DNA of 32,000 bases from Haloquadratum walsbyi C23 (GCF_000237865.1 NC_017459.1:2550001-2582000), one strand, 5' to 3'; counted from the stretch's first letter, positions 17,202-27,990 are shown. Translations and numbers: made by a program. Notes: generated by a model from the sequence alone, not told the origin.

Positions 17202-19262
17202 TCACTCATTATCTTCGAGCTCCATTGTTGCAATAATCTCATACGGGTCGACATTATTGCGAATCTGGTCAAGTAACATGAACGCGTCTTGTGGTGAGAG
17301 AAAATGGCGACAGACAGCGCGTCCAAGCGGGGTTGGAGTGAGTCCATCGATAAATTCCCACTCTAAAAGTTTTCCAACAGCGCGTTTTGTCGGCACTTCA
17401 CCAATCATTCGTTCATTTAGCTGTTTTGCATGTTTACCAGCAACAACGACATTCGCAAGTGTCTCCTCAGCAGCAGCAGACTCATCATATATTGTCATTA
17501 CGTCTTCCATCTCACCTTTTAGCAGTGTGAACGCGACTTCATCCTCGGTTCGATCCATCGAATTGTGATATGCTCCATCAGGCTCAACAAGTAGATATAC
17601 TGTTCCTTCATCATGATAGTCGGGGCGACCAGCGCGACCAAGCATTTGCTCAAATTCTTGTACTGAGAGCCATTCGATACCCATCGCGAGCGAATCAAAG
17701 ACCACCTGTGAAGCCGGAAAGTCAACGCCAGCCGCGAGCGCTGCGGTCGTGACAACAGCAGCAAGATCCTGATCGCCAAAGTCTCGTTCAACACGTTTTC
17801 GTTGGTTATAATCTAGTCCAGCATGATATGGTGCTGATGAATACGAAAGCTTTCGCGAGATTTCATGACACCGACGTCGTGAATTAGTGAAAACTATTGT
17901 CTGTCCACGGTACCCTTTCGATGATTTTGTATCAAACTCACGGCGGACAAGCTTATTCGTGATATCGACTTTTTCCCGACCGTCAGCAAATGTGACATGT
18001 CGGTCAATTGGAATTGGGCGTTCTTCAAATTCAATTAATGTTGTTTGAAGACGTTCTGCAAGGGTTTCAGGGTTCCCAACGGTCGCGGAAAGATAGATTG
18101 ACTGTGCACCATCATACCCACGACGATGATTAGCACGTGTCGCACAGTAATATTTGAGTCGGCTGATGAGTCCATCAAGTCGGTGACCCCGTTCGCCTTC
18201 TTTCAGCGTATGAACCTCATCAATGACGATCGTTCCAATATCCCCAAGATCTTTATCGGTTCGAAGTGCATGGTCGATGCCTTCATATGTTCCAACAATA
18301 ATGTCTGCATCCGGGTCGAATCGATTAGTATCATCAGCGATACGTGAGGCACCGACCCGAATTGTTATATCAATCAAATCTCCATATCGCTCAGTGAAGT
18401 CCTCATGTTTTTGATTTGCAAGAGCAACTAGTGGCACGAGAAACAGGAGTTTCCCACCCTCAGTAAGAACACGGTTGACGCCGGCAAGTTCACCAATAAG
18501 TGTTTTTCCAGTTGCAGTTGCACTTACGACAAGCTGATCATGACCATCAAATAGACCATTATTCACGGCGAGTGACTGTACTGGAAGAAGTGTATCAAAT
18601 CGAGCTTCAAGAAGCTCTTGGAGTTTAGGATGAAGATCAAGCGTCGTTGTTTCAACGAGATCAACCTCATCAGTCGTTGCACTAACGGTATCAAATCGAG
18701 TGAGATCAGGGTCGAGACCACCTGAAAGAAGATCAGTAATTCGATCGAGATCCTGTGTTTCGATGAGAAGTTCTTCAAGTCTCTGTTGTGCGGCTCCAGT
18801 CAGGCGACCTGTGCCCGTCGAGAAATCGAGTTCGCGTTCAAGTTCACGCTTCGCACAATCAGGACAAATATATTCTCGATCGGTCGCAATTGCAGTCTCA
18901 TCGGTGATTGGCGAATATCGACCATTCGATGCACAATAACGACATGTACGTACGACAAGTGCATCGAGTTGATATCCATCAAGCAACTCCGAAAGTGCAG
19001 TTCGGTTTGGAGGTGATGTTTGCTGTGAGATTCGGATACGAGACGCTTCACGGGCGATATCAACGAAGCTGCTCGGGTCCTGCGGTTCTTCACTATCACC
19101 ACGTTTGACGCGGAATTTTGCTGGACGAGGACCAGCGCTCGTTTGCTTTAATTCAAGTGTTCCCTGGAAAACGCGCCCACCATCACGTCTGACAACGACA
19201 GCGAAGTCTTCTCCCCTCTCGTGGAGAAATAAGGTGTCGACGCGACTAACCTGTCGAGACAC
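17202..19262 (-). CDS. Ski2-like DEAD/DEAH-box helicase with N-terminal 4-Cys zinc finger (ASH-Ski2-like)
   Basis: Walker A SATATGKT, DEVH box VIDEVHTL, and motif VI QMLGRAGRP. The N-terminal zinc finger is CRYCASNGRY...ICPDCAKRE. Confidence 0.9.
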   Translation of the reverse strand: MSRQVSRVDTLFLHERGEDFAVVVRRDGGRVFQGTLELKQTSAGPRPAKFRVKRGDSEEPQDPSSFVDIAREASRIRISQQTSPPNRTALSELLDGYQLDALVVRTCRYCASNGRYSPITDETAIATDREYICPDCAKRELERELDFSTGTGRLTGAAQQRLEELLIETQDLDRITDLLSGGLDPDLTRFDTVSATTDEVDLVETTTLDLHPKLQELLEARFDTLLPVQSLAVNNGLFDGHDQLVVSATATGKTLIGELAGVNRVLTEGGKLLFLVPLVALANQKHEDFTERYGDLIDITIRVGASRIADDTNRFDPDADIIVGTYEGIDHALRTDKDLGDIGTIVIDEVHTLKEGERGHRLDGLISRLKYYCATRANHRRGYDGAQSIYLSATVGNPETLAERLQTTLIEFEERPIPIDRHVTFADGREKVDITNKLVRREFDTKSSKGYRGQTIVFTNSRRRCHEISRKLSYSSAPYHAGLDYNQRKRVERDFGDQDLAAVVTTAALAAGVDFPASQVVFDSLAMGIEWLSVQEFEQMLGRAGRPDYHDEGTVYLLVEPDGAYHNSMDRTEDEVAFTLLKGEMEDVMTIYDESAAAEETLANVVVAGKHAKQLNERMIGEVPTKRAVGKLLEWEFIDGLTPTPLGRAVCRHFLSPQDAFMLLDQIRNNVDPYEIIATMELEDNE

Positions 19263-19428
19263 AATATTATTATGTTGACGGGGTATTTTAGCCGTTCGTC
19301 TGATATCGCCAGACGAATTAGCGTTTATCTAATAGTTGATAGTACTTCGCGTCTGCGGATATTGCTTCTTATGCGCGGGGGCTTAGCGCCTGCAAACTCC
19401 TAAAACCCAGCGCAAATTATATGGGTTC

Positions 19429-20607
19429 ATGCGAGGCATCCGAATCGGCAGTGCATTTGGCATCCCAATCAAACTTGATATCACATTTCTGCTTATTCTT
19501 CCATTATTTGCCTGGCTTATTGGCAATGATATTGCACAACTCACCGGTATTGTGAACGATGTCTTCGGATCAGCGATTGTCGCTGACCCACTTACGACCG
19601 GATCAACACAGTGGATCCTTGGTGCTGCGACGGCTATTGGACTATTTATTTGTGTTCTTTTACACGAATTCGGTCACTCACTGGTCGCGATGTATTATGG
19701 ATATACCATTGATTCAATCACATTATGGCTTTTCGGAGGGGTTGCAAGTTTCACCGAGATGCCCGAGCGATGGCAAGAGTCACTCATCATTGCCGTTGCA
19801 GGACCGATTGTGAGTGTTGGAATCGGAGTGATTGCATATATTGGGTTTATTACAGTACCACTGCCGGGATCACTCGAACCAGCAAAGTTCGTGATCGGAT
19901 ATCTCGCGTTGACAAATGTACTGTTGGCTGTATTCAACATGCTCCCAGGATTTCCCCTGGATGGTGGTCGTGTCCTCAGAGCATTACTTGCGCGAACCCG
20001 GTCACACGCACGTGCAACACAAATCGCCGCAGAAGTAGGGAAAGTATTCGCATTCTTACTTGGTATTGTTGGCTTGTTTGCGAATCTGTTCCTTGTTGCG
20101 CTTGCCTTTTTCATTTACATTGGTGCTTCCTCAGAGGCACAACAGACGGTTATGAAAGCTGCTTTCGATGGGGTCACTGTTGGTGATATCATGACTGAGC
20201 GATCGGATCTCGACGTTGTTGAGCAGAACGTATCAGTCGCAACATTACTTGAGCGGATGTTCACTGAACGACATACTGGTTACCCTGTTGTTGATAATGG
20301 TGGTCTTGTTGGCGTTGTGACGCTAGATGATGCGCGCTCAGTAGAGGAAGTGGAACGTGAGGCATACCGTGTCAGTGATGTAATGACACCTGATGTGACG
20401 ACAATCAATCCTGATGCAGATGCAATGGATGCAATGCAACGAATGCAAGAAAATGATATCGGTCGACTCCCGGTTATCGAGAATACTGAACTCGTTGGAC
20501 TTATTTCTCGATCAGACCTCATGACTGCGCTTAATATTATCAAATCACGAGGGTCACAGACAGCATTGACTAAACGTAGTTCAACATCACTGCCAAACGC
20601 ACGATGA
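19429..20607 (+). CDS. M50 (site-2 protease) family metalloprotease with C-terminal CBS pair
   Basis: HEFGHSLVA (HExxH), NMLPGFPLDGGR, multiple TM segments, and two CBS-like repeats (VGDIMTE... and VSDVMTPD...). Confidence 0.9.
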   Translation: MRGIRIGSAFGIPIKLDITFLLILPLFAWLIGNDIAQLTGIVNDVFGSAIVADPLTTGSTQWILGAATAIGLFICVLLHEFGHSLVAMYYGYTIDSITLWLFGGVASFTEMPERWQESLIIAVAGPIVSVGIGVIAYIGFITVPLPGSLEPAKFVIGYLALTNVLLAVFNMLPGFPLDGGRVLRALLARTRSHARATQIAAEVGKVFAFLLGIVGLFANLFLVALAFFIYIGASSEAQQTVMKAAFDGVTVGDIMTERSDLDVVEQNVSVATLLERMFTERHTGYPVVDNGGLVGVVTLDDARSVEEVEREAYRVSDVMTPDVTTINPDADAMDAMQRMQENDIGRLPVIENTELVGLISRSDLMTALNIIKSRGSQTALTKRSSTSLPNAR

Positions 20608-20787
20608 TCAAGAAATATTGGATAAACGCGATGTCGACGTAATTACTAGATAAATTGAACTATCTTGTCGTACCTGGTTGTCTTATCTGTCTGACTGTAG
20701 TTTGTCGTTCCGCACGGTTGGTGGAATGAACCATCTTGGGGTCACATCTAAGCTTCAGGGCATCGTCTATGTGTTCTGTAAAATCGA

Positions 20788-21447
20788 TTAATACTCTTTA
20801 AGAACTGTTGGAAGCCGAGAACAAAGTTTTTGACGCGGAATATGCACAGCAGCCTCAGATGCGGGTGCTGGACCACCATCATATGTCACTTGAATCGGAA
20901 TTAATCCAGCGTTAGCCGCGCCCATTATATCGGCATCAATATCATCACCGACATATGCAGTCTCACCTGCTGTTACATCGAGTGCATCGGTGAGCGCCTT
21001 GAATGCAGCAGGATCTGGCTTTCCAGCAGACAACTCACCAGTTACCAGAGCAACATCAAATGATTGCGTCAAACTGAGTGTCTGAAGTTTGTGCCGTTGT
21101 GCTAACTGTGGTCCATTTGTAAGGAGACCAACATTATATTCTGTTGTAAGCGTTTGCAGGAATGGTTTAATTCCATTGAGCGGGACAAGTGCGTCGGCGA
21201 TCTCGCGCCGATATGCATCTGCGAGTGCTTTCGCGTCGACATCGGTCTCACGACCAGCAAGTAGATCCGCAAATATTGGCGTACGTGTTTCGCTCGTCAG
21301 ATGACGTCCGTGGGCCTCAAGATACGCTTCTCGAGTAATTTGTGGGGCGCCAACGCTCGCAACTGCCTCCGCAAGGATCGTTGCCCGATCACGTGTCGGA
21401 ATAGCGAGCGTCTCATCGAGGTCAAATCCGACCGCGGTGAGTGTCAC
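20788..21447 (-). CDS. HAD-superfamily hydrolase
   Basis: Motif I is VGFDLDETL (DxDxT). There is a LLTNG segment and a C-terminal YVGDDIDADIMGA. Confidence 0.85.
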   Translation of the reverse strand: MTLTAVGFDLDETLAIPTRDRATILAEAVASVGAPQITREAYLEAHGRHLTSETRTPIFADLLAGRETDVDAKALADAYRREIADALVPLNGIKPFLQTLTTEYNVGLLTNGPQLAQRHKLQTLSLTQSFDVALVTGELSAGKPDPAAFKALTDALDVTAGETAYVGDDIDADIMGAANAGLIPIQVTYDGGPAPASEAAVHIPRQKLCSRLPTVLKEY

Positions 21448-21672
21448 ATTTATATTTATGATATCACTCGGTATTACCTTTCTTACTCACTTCGCTCATG
21501 CTCAATTGTGGGGTTCGGGTTATAAACAGAAATTCAAAGCACGCGATTAATCAAGGAAATTATGAGATAAATACGTTCAATTAATACTCAACAATTAACG
21601 CAAGAAGATACTGATACCAGACGCTACATATCAGGGGCTGCGCTTTTGTCGATTGCAATCTATATTTGAATT

Positions 21673-22950
21673 GTGACCCTTGACCCTGTCCACGTCGATG
21701 GTATTGCCAACATTGCTGCATACTTAGCACAACACGTGGACGACACAGACCATACTGATCTCGCTGCGAATATCTGGGAGAACTTTCTTGATCCGCTTGT
21801 CGATACGACGGGTCGCGCTGTGTGTGAACCGATCTCTGAACAACGACTTCGGGTGGCAGCCATTGATGATATTGCTCTCGCTGAGACACCCTTTGAGACC
21901 GTTCATGGGCTTGATGCTGGAACAATCAACCCGACAACGTTCAAGAATGGACTGGTTCTTGACCTTGCGCAAGCGGCTCTTGCAGCCGTTCCATCAAATC
22001 TTGATCTTCATCGTCACCGAAGCATTGTTGCAACAACACACTTAGCCGATACGGTTGTGTCACTTGATGAGCCATGGCAATCACTTGATGCAGGTTACTG
22101 TCGGTGGCGGATTATGCAAGCTCCACGGGTCGACCGTTATAGCGAGGGTGTCGTGCATGCACTCGCACTTTATCTTGCTGAGAGTTCACACGCGCTTGAA
22201 CATGCTGAGGCTGTCTCTGAGCTACTAATACTGGATGGACCGTTATATCCGGTTGAATTACTCAATTGGCAAGATCGTAACACTACATTCAAGACGCTTT
22301 CAACAGAGACGAAGCCACGATCAATTGTCGAGAACTATCTTCGACTTGTTGAGTCATTCGTCAAGCGCGATGTTCCGCTTTGTGGATTCATTAAAAATCC
22401 AGCATCCAAACGGCTGGTTGGAACACTTCGTGATCGTAACATTGAGGTCCCATGGACAGACGATACAGCGTTTTTTACACAACTACTTGAGCGACGAGAT
22501 GACGATGCGACTAGCGGTCAGAAAAGTGGTGTAGAAGAACGACACACGGATGAAATAACATTTACAAGTTGGTTTATATCGCGGAGTGGTGCCAATGCAA
22601 CTGTTGCTGCTGATGGTGATGCATATGGGTTGGACCGGCATCTTGACCCGCTCTGCTATGAGACCTGCTTTTGCGTCATCTATGAACCACAATATGACAT
22701 TCTCTACCGACTTGAGATGCCATATGCGTTCGCTCGTGATGATACGACACGAAGTGCTGTGACGCAACAAATTGTAAGCGAAGTTGCGGCGCGCCGCGGA
22801 CCACCAGCCGCGATTGCGAAAGCAGACGAATTAGCCCGAATCAGTGCTGATGAAAAGACGTCACTCCGAAGGCAGTTTTCAGAGTCACTTGATGCTGATG
22901 AAATAAAACGCTATGATGATGTCCGCTGGGGAGACACCGAATATAACTAA
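21673..22950 (+). CDS. nurA: NurA-like nuclease domain protein
   Basis: 425 aa with a GTG start; a TGA lies 6 nt upstream in frame. HGLDAGTINP and LLILDGPLYP match the acidic catalytic motifs of the NurA RNase-H-like fold. Linked to a HerA-like ATPase. Confidence 0.7.
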   Translation: MTLDPVHVDGIANIAAYLAQHVDDTDHTDLAANIWENFLDPLVDTTGRAVCEPISEQRLRVAAIDDIALAETPFETVHGLDAGTINPTTFKNGLVLDLAQAALAAVPSNLDLHRHRSIVATTHLADTVVSLDEPWQSLDAGYCRWRIMQAPRVDRYSEGVVHALALYLAESSHALEHAEAVSELLILDGPLYPVELLNWQDRNTTFKTLSTETKPRSIVENYLRLVESFVKRDVPLCGFIKNPASKRLVGTLRDRNIEVPWTDDTAFFTQLLERRDDDATSGQKSGVEERHTDEITFTSWFISRSGANATVAADGDAYGLDRHLDPLCYETCFCVIYEPQYDILYRLEMPYAFARDDTTRSAVTQQIVSEVAARRGPPAAIAKADELARISADEKTSLRRQFSESLDADEIKRYDDVRWGDTEYN

Positions 22951-23005
22951 CTCTCGAGGATATCACTGCTGAATCCTGATTCATCATTTGAATTTATATC
23001 TGTGA

Positions 23006-23371
23006 TTATGTTCGCTCTAGTTCTGTTTCATGCCCGGTATCTGGATCTGATCTGAACACTTTAATTCGAACATCAGATCTTGGAACACCGATTCGAGCTA
23101 GTTGTGTTCGAACGTGTGCTTTGGCGGCTTCAACGGCTTGATCACGAGTTTCAAACCCACGTGGCATCGGCGACTCAAATGCAATCCGGATTGTCGTATC
23201 ATTAATCGTCGTCTCGATCCCCCCGCTTTCGACCTCATAAAATTCGTCACAAACCCACACGTACGGTGCATCTCCATCAGGTGCGCCTTTGTATGATGGT
23301 GCATCCTCGCCGCGTTCGAAGATTGTCCCAGTCAACCCCGTTCCCCCACCAAGTCCACGAACGAATATCAT
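23006..23371 (-). CDS. acidic hypothetical protein (122 aa) between the NurA-like and HerA-like genes
   Basis: The ORF has halophile-like acidic composition from MIFVRGLGGG. The track ORF extends to 23425 with a basic leader. No family recognised. Confidence 0.5.
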   Translation of the reverse strand: MIFVRGLGGGTGLTGTIFERGEDAPSYKGAPDGDAPYVWVCDEFYEVESGGIETTINDTTIRIAFESPMPRGFETRDQAVEAAKAHVRTQLARIGVPRSDVRIKVFRSDPDTGHETELERT

Positions 23372-23468
23372 CTCTCTGTTACTCCTTCGAGCCAGGAGGC
23401 AAAAGAACCGCGGAGCAACCCGCAATGGCGAGATACTTTAGTCGTCCGGCATGCTGGAATGAAATAGA

Positions 23469-25424
23469 ATGGACCTCGGTGATTTTGATCCTTCGGATGT
23501 AGACTCGGAAACAGAAGCCGATGAAGAGGACATGAACTCCCCCGAGGATGAACGCATAATTAATGCTGCGAGGGAGTCGCCAGCATCGGAGCCGGGGCAG
23601 AAAACTGACGCAGATATCGGGATGAATACTCATATTGAGAAATCACAAGAAGAAAGCACCAGCAATACAGAATCACCCACATTTGATTCGTATGATATAA
23701 CACCGGTTAAACAGAATGTGGGTCTTGGAACAATTGCTGTCTCACAGGGACTTCGAATCGCAGAGGACGATGATGAGACGCAGCTTCGAGCGTATGTCAC
23801 TGCAGATAACCGTGACCGCATCCGAATTGGGACATATTTGTTAGTGCCGTATCCTGATGGTGAAATGCTTTTCTGCCGGATTGCCGCTGTTGAGTATGCA
23901 CAGGAGTTTCATACCGATGATGCAACGGAAATTCACGCCCGACGGGCGATGCGTCGTGATGAATTCACAGAACGTGATTACAAATTTGTCGCCACTCTCC
24001 GACCGTTGGCAATTCTATTTAATGAAACTACCAATACTACGGATACTCATGACGATGTCAGTGATAATATAGCAACCCTTACCCGGCGTATGGTTGATCG
24101 CGTTCCAAAGCCCGGTGCGATTGTGCGAGCGGCAACAGATGCTAAACAAATAAAGACAGGGTTGAATATCCCGCGCGATGGTGTGTTTCTTGGACATTTA
24201 TCAGTTGGCGGTGAGCGTGTTGAAACGGCTGCAAGCCCTCCGACAATTGATTATCGACTTAATGATGACTACACTAGCGGTGATCCACTAATATTCAGAC
24301 ACACACTTGTCGCAGGTGGAACCGGGTCAGGAAAGACACATGCAAGTAAGAATGTATTGCGGCAACTCCTCGCTGAAGACCGAACATATGAGATGGATGA
24401 TGGACGTTCATCCCGACTTGCGGTGGTGCAATTTGACCCACAAGATGAGTATGCTCAGATGCATGATGACAATCCAGCGCTCGACTCTGAGACGATACGA
24501 CGATATGAACGCGAGGAGATTAGTCATGGGGGGCATAATGATACCATTGCGCTTGTGCCCAAAGAAGATGGAGTAACATACAGCGGAGATACCCACCGCG
24601 CTGAGCAGGTCCGATTCACGATTCCATTCTCTATGGTTCGGACTCGTCCATGGCTTGTCGCCGGGAGCCGACTCAACGAGAACCAATATCCTGCCCTTCG
24701 ACATCTATTAAATCGTTTCTTTAATGAATACGGTAACTCTGGGACATATGCCGGATTCAAGACATTCCTTGAGAATCCAGCGCTTCGTGAGGAACTTGAT
24801 GAGTCAGGACGTGTCCATGAGGCAACGTTTGATGCGGTCAAACGACGCGTCTGGGGCGTTCCTGACAATATTTTTGACCAGTCGGCGCGACCAATTACCG
24901 AATTAGATCATCAACTTGTCCGTCCTGGCGGACTCTCCGTGATTCCCACATATCACCTCTCAAGCACACGAGTGAAAGAAATGGTCGTCCTTGCAGTGTC
25001 AAGTCTTCTCGTTGATGATAAACTGTCGAATAATCCGTATTCTGATCGGATTAATGAGACGCCATTGCTGATTGGGATGGATGAAGCACATAATTTCTTG
25101 ACCGATGCAGATACGGTTCAAGCCCGGAAAGTAATCAGCAAATTCACTGAAGCAGCAAAACAAGGTCGAAAAGAGCGCCTTGGATTATTCTTAATTACAC
25201 AGGATCCACAGGATATCGCAGAATCGGTATTCAAACAGGTGAATACAAAATTAATTCTCAATCTTGGTGATGAGGACGCGATTAATAGCGTCAATATTCC
25301 CGCAGCATTGGAAAATAAAGTTCCATACATGAAGAAAGGTCAGCAAGTTATTTATTCCCCAGATAATTCTGAGCCGGTCGAGATCCAAGGGTTGAGACAC
25401 TGCTTAACACGTCATGGTGAATGA
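23469..25424 (+). CDS. herA: HerA-like hexameric ATPase/helicase (DUF87)
   Basis: An acidic N-terminal tail is followed by a HAS-barrel-like segment IGTYLLVPYPDGEMLFCRIAAVEY. Walker A is VAGGTGSGKTH, Walker B is LLIGMDEAHNFL, and LFLITQDPQDI is present. Confidence 0.85.
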   Translation: MDLGDFDPSDVDSETEADEEDMNSPEDERIINAARESPASEPGQKTDADIGMNTHIEKSQEESTSNTESPTFDSYDITPVKQNVGLGTIAVSQGLRIAEDDDETQLRAYVTADNRDRIRIGTYLLVPYPDGEMLFCRIAAVEYAQEFHTDDATEIHARRAMRRDEFTERDYKFVATLRPLAILFNETTNTTDTHDDVSDNIATLTRRMVDRVPKPGAIVRAATDAKQIKTGLNIPRDGVFLGHLSVGGERVETAASPPTIDYRLNDDYTSGDPLIFRHTLVAGGTGSGKTHASKNVLRQLLAEDRTYEMDDGRSSRLAVVQFDPQDEYAQMHDDNPALDSETIRRYEREEISHGGHNDTIALVPKEDGVTYSGDTHRAEQVRFTIPFSMVRTRPWLVAGSRLNENQYPALRHLLNRFFNEYGNSGTYAGFKTFLENPALREELDESGRVHEATFDAVKRRVWGVPDNIFDQSARPITELDHQLVRPGGLSVIPTYHLSSTRVKEMVVLAVSSLLVDDKLSNNPYSDRINETPLLIGMDEAHNFLTDADTVQARKVISKFTEAAKQGRKERLGLFLITQDPQDIAESVFKQVNTKLILNLGDEDAINSVNIPAALENKVPYMKKGQQVIYSPDNSEPVEIQGLRHCLTRHGE

Positions 25425-25597
25425 ATCACCTCGAGATCACATCTAAGTACCGAGTCAGTTCACATTCATATGCTCTCTTTGATTGACGCTCGAGCGTTTT
25501 TATGATTCAAAAATCATGTATGAGTCGCTTATATGCTCTCTATACTATCGCGTTCTGAGTATATAAAAACGGCGTGAGCCGTTAGTGACGGCCCGTA

Positions 25598-26254
25598 ATG
25601 TCTGTGCAATTTGATTCAGCAAACAGGCCGTCAGAAGACGTAACGGACGCCTCTAATATCAATTCTACTGATCTCGTCGCTGACGAACTGTACTCGCTGC
25701 TCGACGAAGTCGACAGCGAGTCGATTGCCGATGAGTTCAAGATTGGGCTCCATTCCGACAAACACGACTTTACAAACCACGTCAAGACGGCTGTTCGTGA
25801 AGGTCTTGACCCCTCCAGCTCACTCGCTGAACTTGAGGATAAGACCATTGTCGACGACTCACTCGAACACATGCCTAAATCACGGTTTTCAGAACTCACG
25901 AACGACCGCGACTACTGCGCGGTCGTTCAGCTCCTCTTCGAAGTACTGCACACACCACAGTTGTATCATCAACGTGGAGTTCAACGAAAACGACTGGAGT
26001 GGATGACACGAGATGTCGTCGCTGTTGATGCCACAAACCTCGAACTTACGCGCTCTGTTGTCGTCTCAGACGAGTTCGTCGGAGACGACGACAACGTCTA
26101 CAAGATCGACACAGACGATGGTGGTCTCGAACTTCACTGCGCAGCACGTGTGGATGGAGAAAATAAACATCCACTCGACGCTACTGTTACAGAGGGCGAC
26201 ACCCACGAAAGCCCGCAGTTCGATCTCCTCAAGGAAGATGTCGAGGTCTTTTAA
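25598..26254 (+). pseudogene. IS4-family transposase, N-terminal fragment (carries first catalytic Asp)
   Basis: VAVDATNLEL and HCAARVDGENKHPLDATVTEGDTHES are typical of IS4/ISH-type DDE transposases. The frame ends in a TAA created at the IS630 junction. Confidence 0.8.
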
Positions 26255-27395
26255 TGAGTGAGAAAACCTTTGTTGGTCACGTTCGATTACAGAGCAATGA
26301 CTGGAGGGCGTCGAAAAGAGATTACGCATCATCTCTCAGAAAAGAAAATCGATGAACTCCTTCGTGAAGCCACAGATGATCGTCGGAAAGAGCGGCTCGG
26401 GTTTCTGAAGAACCTCTATTACGGCGATTTGATTGCGGAAGCTGCCGACCGGGAAGGACGGTCGGCAGCGACCGGGAGGCGGTGGGCGGACGCCTGGAAC
26501 GAAGGTGGGCTTGAGGGACTGATGCCGAGTTTCGGGGGCGGTCGGCCCCCGAAACTCGACGAAGACGAACAAGAAGAGCTGTTAGAGATGCTTCGAGACG
26601 GTCAACCGTGGAAATCACAGGAGATTCAGCATCTCCTCAAAGAGGAGTTCGATGTCGAATATCATCCGGATTACCTTGGGAAAGTTCTCCGTGAACTGGG
26701 CTTATCCTACGCAAAACCCCGTCCGAAGCGTCCATATCGACCGGAGAATCCCGAGGAAATACTCGACGAGCGCGTCGGCGACGCGCTCGACGAGGATGAG
26801 ACCCCTCACAACAGAGAGGAAGGAGACGACGAAGAAGGGTGGACTGTTGACGACGATGTTTGTACAGATGGTGGGACTGTTCTCGGGTTTTTCGATGCGT
26901 CACAGCCACAGCCGTACGATAATTCCCGCCGGGTCTGGTACGTAGACGATCCACACGTGGAACGGCCATTAGTCAAGACAGAAGAGTCGGCGGTTGGATT
27001 CTACGCACTGAATGGGGAGAGTATGGTTCGCTGGAAAGAAACCGAGAAGAAAGAACGGATTTGCGAGGTGTTAGAAGCGGTTCGCGAGCAGAATCCGGGT
27101 CAGCGGATTCTGCTCGTCTTGGACAAGCACGGTTCACACGTCTGTGAATACACGCGCAAGCGTGCGCATCAACTTGGAATCGATCTCATCTTCCTTCCAT
27201 CAGGATCACCGCATCTCAACCCAATCGAGCAGGTCTGGAAATACCTCAAGTGGACGACGGCTCCAATCATCGTCGAGGACGAAGACGAGTTCCACGAACT
27301 CGTCAGGGACGTATTTGATCAAGTGACACAGCGAATTAGTTTTGCGAAAGACTGGTGTCAGAAGTTCCTCGATCTGCAAAAGTTTCCTTGATCAT
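26254..27395 (+). mobile_element. IS630-family insertion sequence (inner element)
   Basis: 1142 bp. The ends are ATGAGTGAGAAAACCTTTG and the reverse complement ATGATCAAGGAAACTTTTG (14/19). Flanked by a duplicated TA (26252-26253 and 27396-27397), as expected for IS630/Tc1-mariner elements. Confidence 0.9.
26297..27391 (+). CDS. IS630-family DDE transposase
   Basis: The N-terminal HTH regions are followed by a catalytic core with LVLDKHGSHV and FLPSGSPHLNPIEQVWKYLK. The likely start is MTGGRRKE at 26297. The track ORF starts at GTG 26258. Confidence 0.9.
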   Translation: MTGGRRKEITHHLSEKKIDELLREATDDRRKERLGFLKNLYYGDLIAEAADREGRSAATGRRWADAWNEGGLEGLMPSFGGGRPPKLDEDEQEELLEMLRDGQPWKSQEIQHLLKEEFDVEYHPDYLGKVLRELGLSYAKPRPKRPYRPENPEEILDERVGDALDEDETPHNREEGDDEEGWTVDDDVCTDGGTVLGFFDASQPQPYDNSRRVWYVDDPHVERPLVKTEESAVGFYALNGESMVRWKETEKKERICEVLEAVREQNPGQRILLVLDKHGSHVCEYTRKRAHQLGIDLIFLPSGSPHLNPIEQVWKYLKWTTAPIIVEDEDEFHELVRDVFDQVTQRISFAKDWCQKFLDLQKFP

Positions 27396-27396
27396 T

Positions 27397-27990
27397 ACAG
27401 ACCTCGACTCGGTAATCTGGGTCTTTGACCGCGCATACACGCGATATCTACGGTTCTGTGAGATCAAGCACAGTGACAATGATTTTGTCACACTGATGTA
27501 CTCAGACGCTCGATTTGAACTCATTGAGACACTCGAAGAGTTCGAGGTCACCGTCTCAGGGAACAACGCCGCTCAACCGACTCACTCAGATGAGGAATCA
27601 ACACGACGGGCACGGGTTCGTGATGAACGAATTGAGTTAGCTGAGACTGGCGAAGAGTTCCGCAGGATTGTGCTGGAAACGCCCGATGGAGAGGAGATTG
27701 AGTACCTGACGACGCTGGCGTCGTCAGAGTACGATCCAATCGACGTGATCAACATCTACACACTACGGACAGTAATTGAGATCCTCTTCCGAGAGTGGAA
27801 ACAGTACCTCAACATCGAGAACTTTCACTCGAAATCGCTGAACGGCGTGTTATTCGAGCTGTTCTGTGCATTGATTGGATATATGCTGGTCGTATGGTTT
27901 CGCCAACGCCACCCAGTCAAGGGTGGCGTGGCGCGTGCTATCCAGAAAGTTCGCACCTTCTGGAATGAGACGCTGGATTCATTCGGCTAA
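27397..27990 (+). pseudogene. IS4-family transposase, C-terminal fragment (second Asp, Glu and YREK motif)
   Basis: VIWVFDRAYTRY carries the second Asp. YTLRTVIEILFREWK has the Y-x2-R-x3-E-x6-K spacing that is diagnostic of the IS4 family. Confidence 0.8.

Noticed and set aside
17257-19108. Numerous 60-103 aa antisense or out-of-frame ORFs inside the helicase gene (similarly inside tiaS, herA, nurA, the kinase and the M50 protease)
   Set aside because: They are shadow ORFs of long, well-supported genes, with Ser/Arg-rich low-complexity translations.
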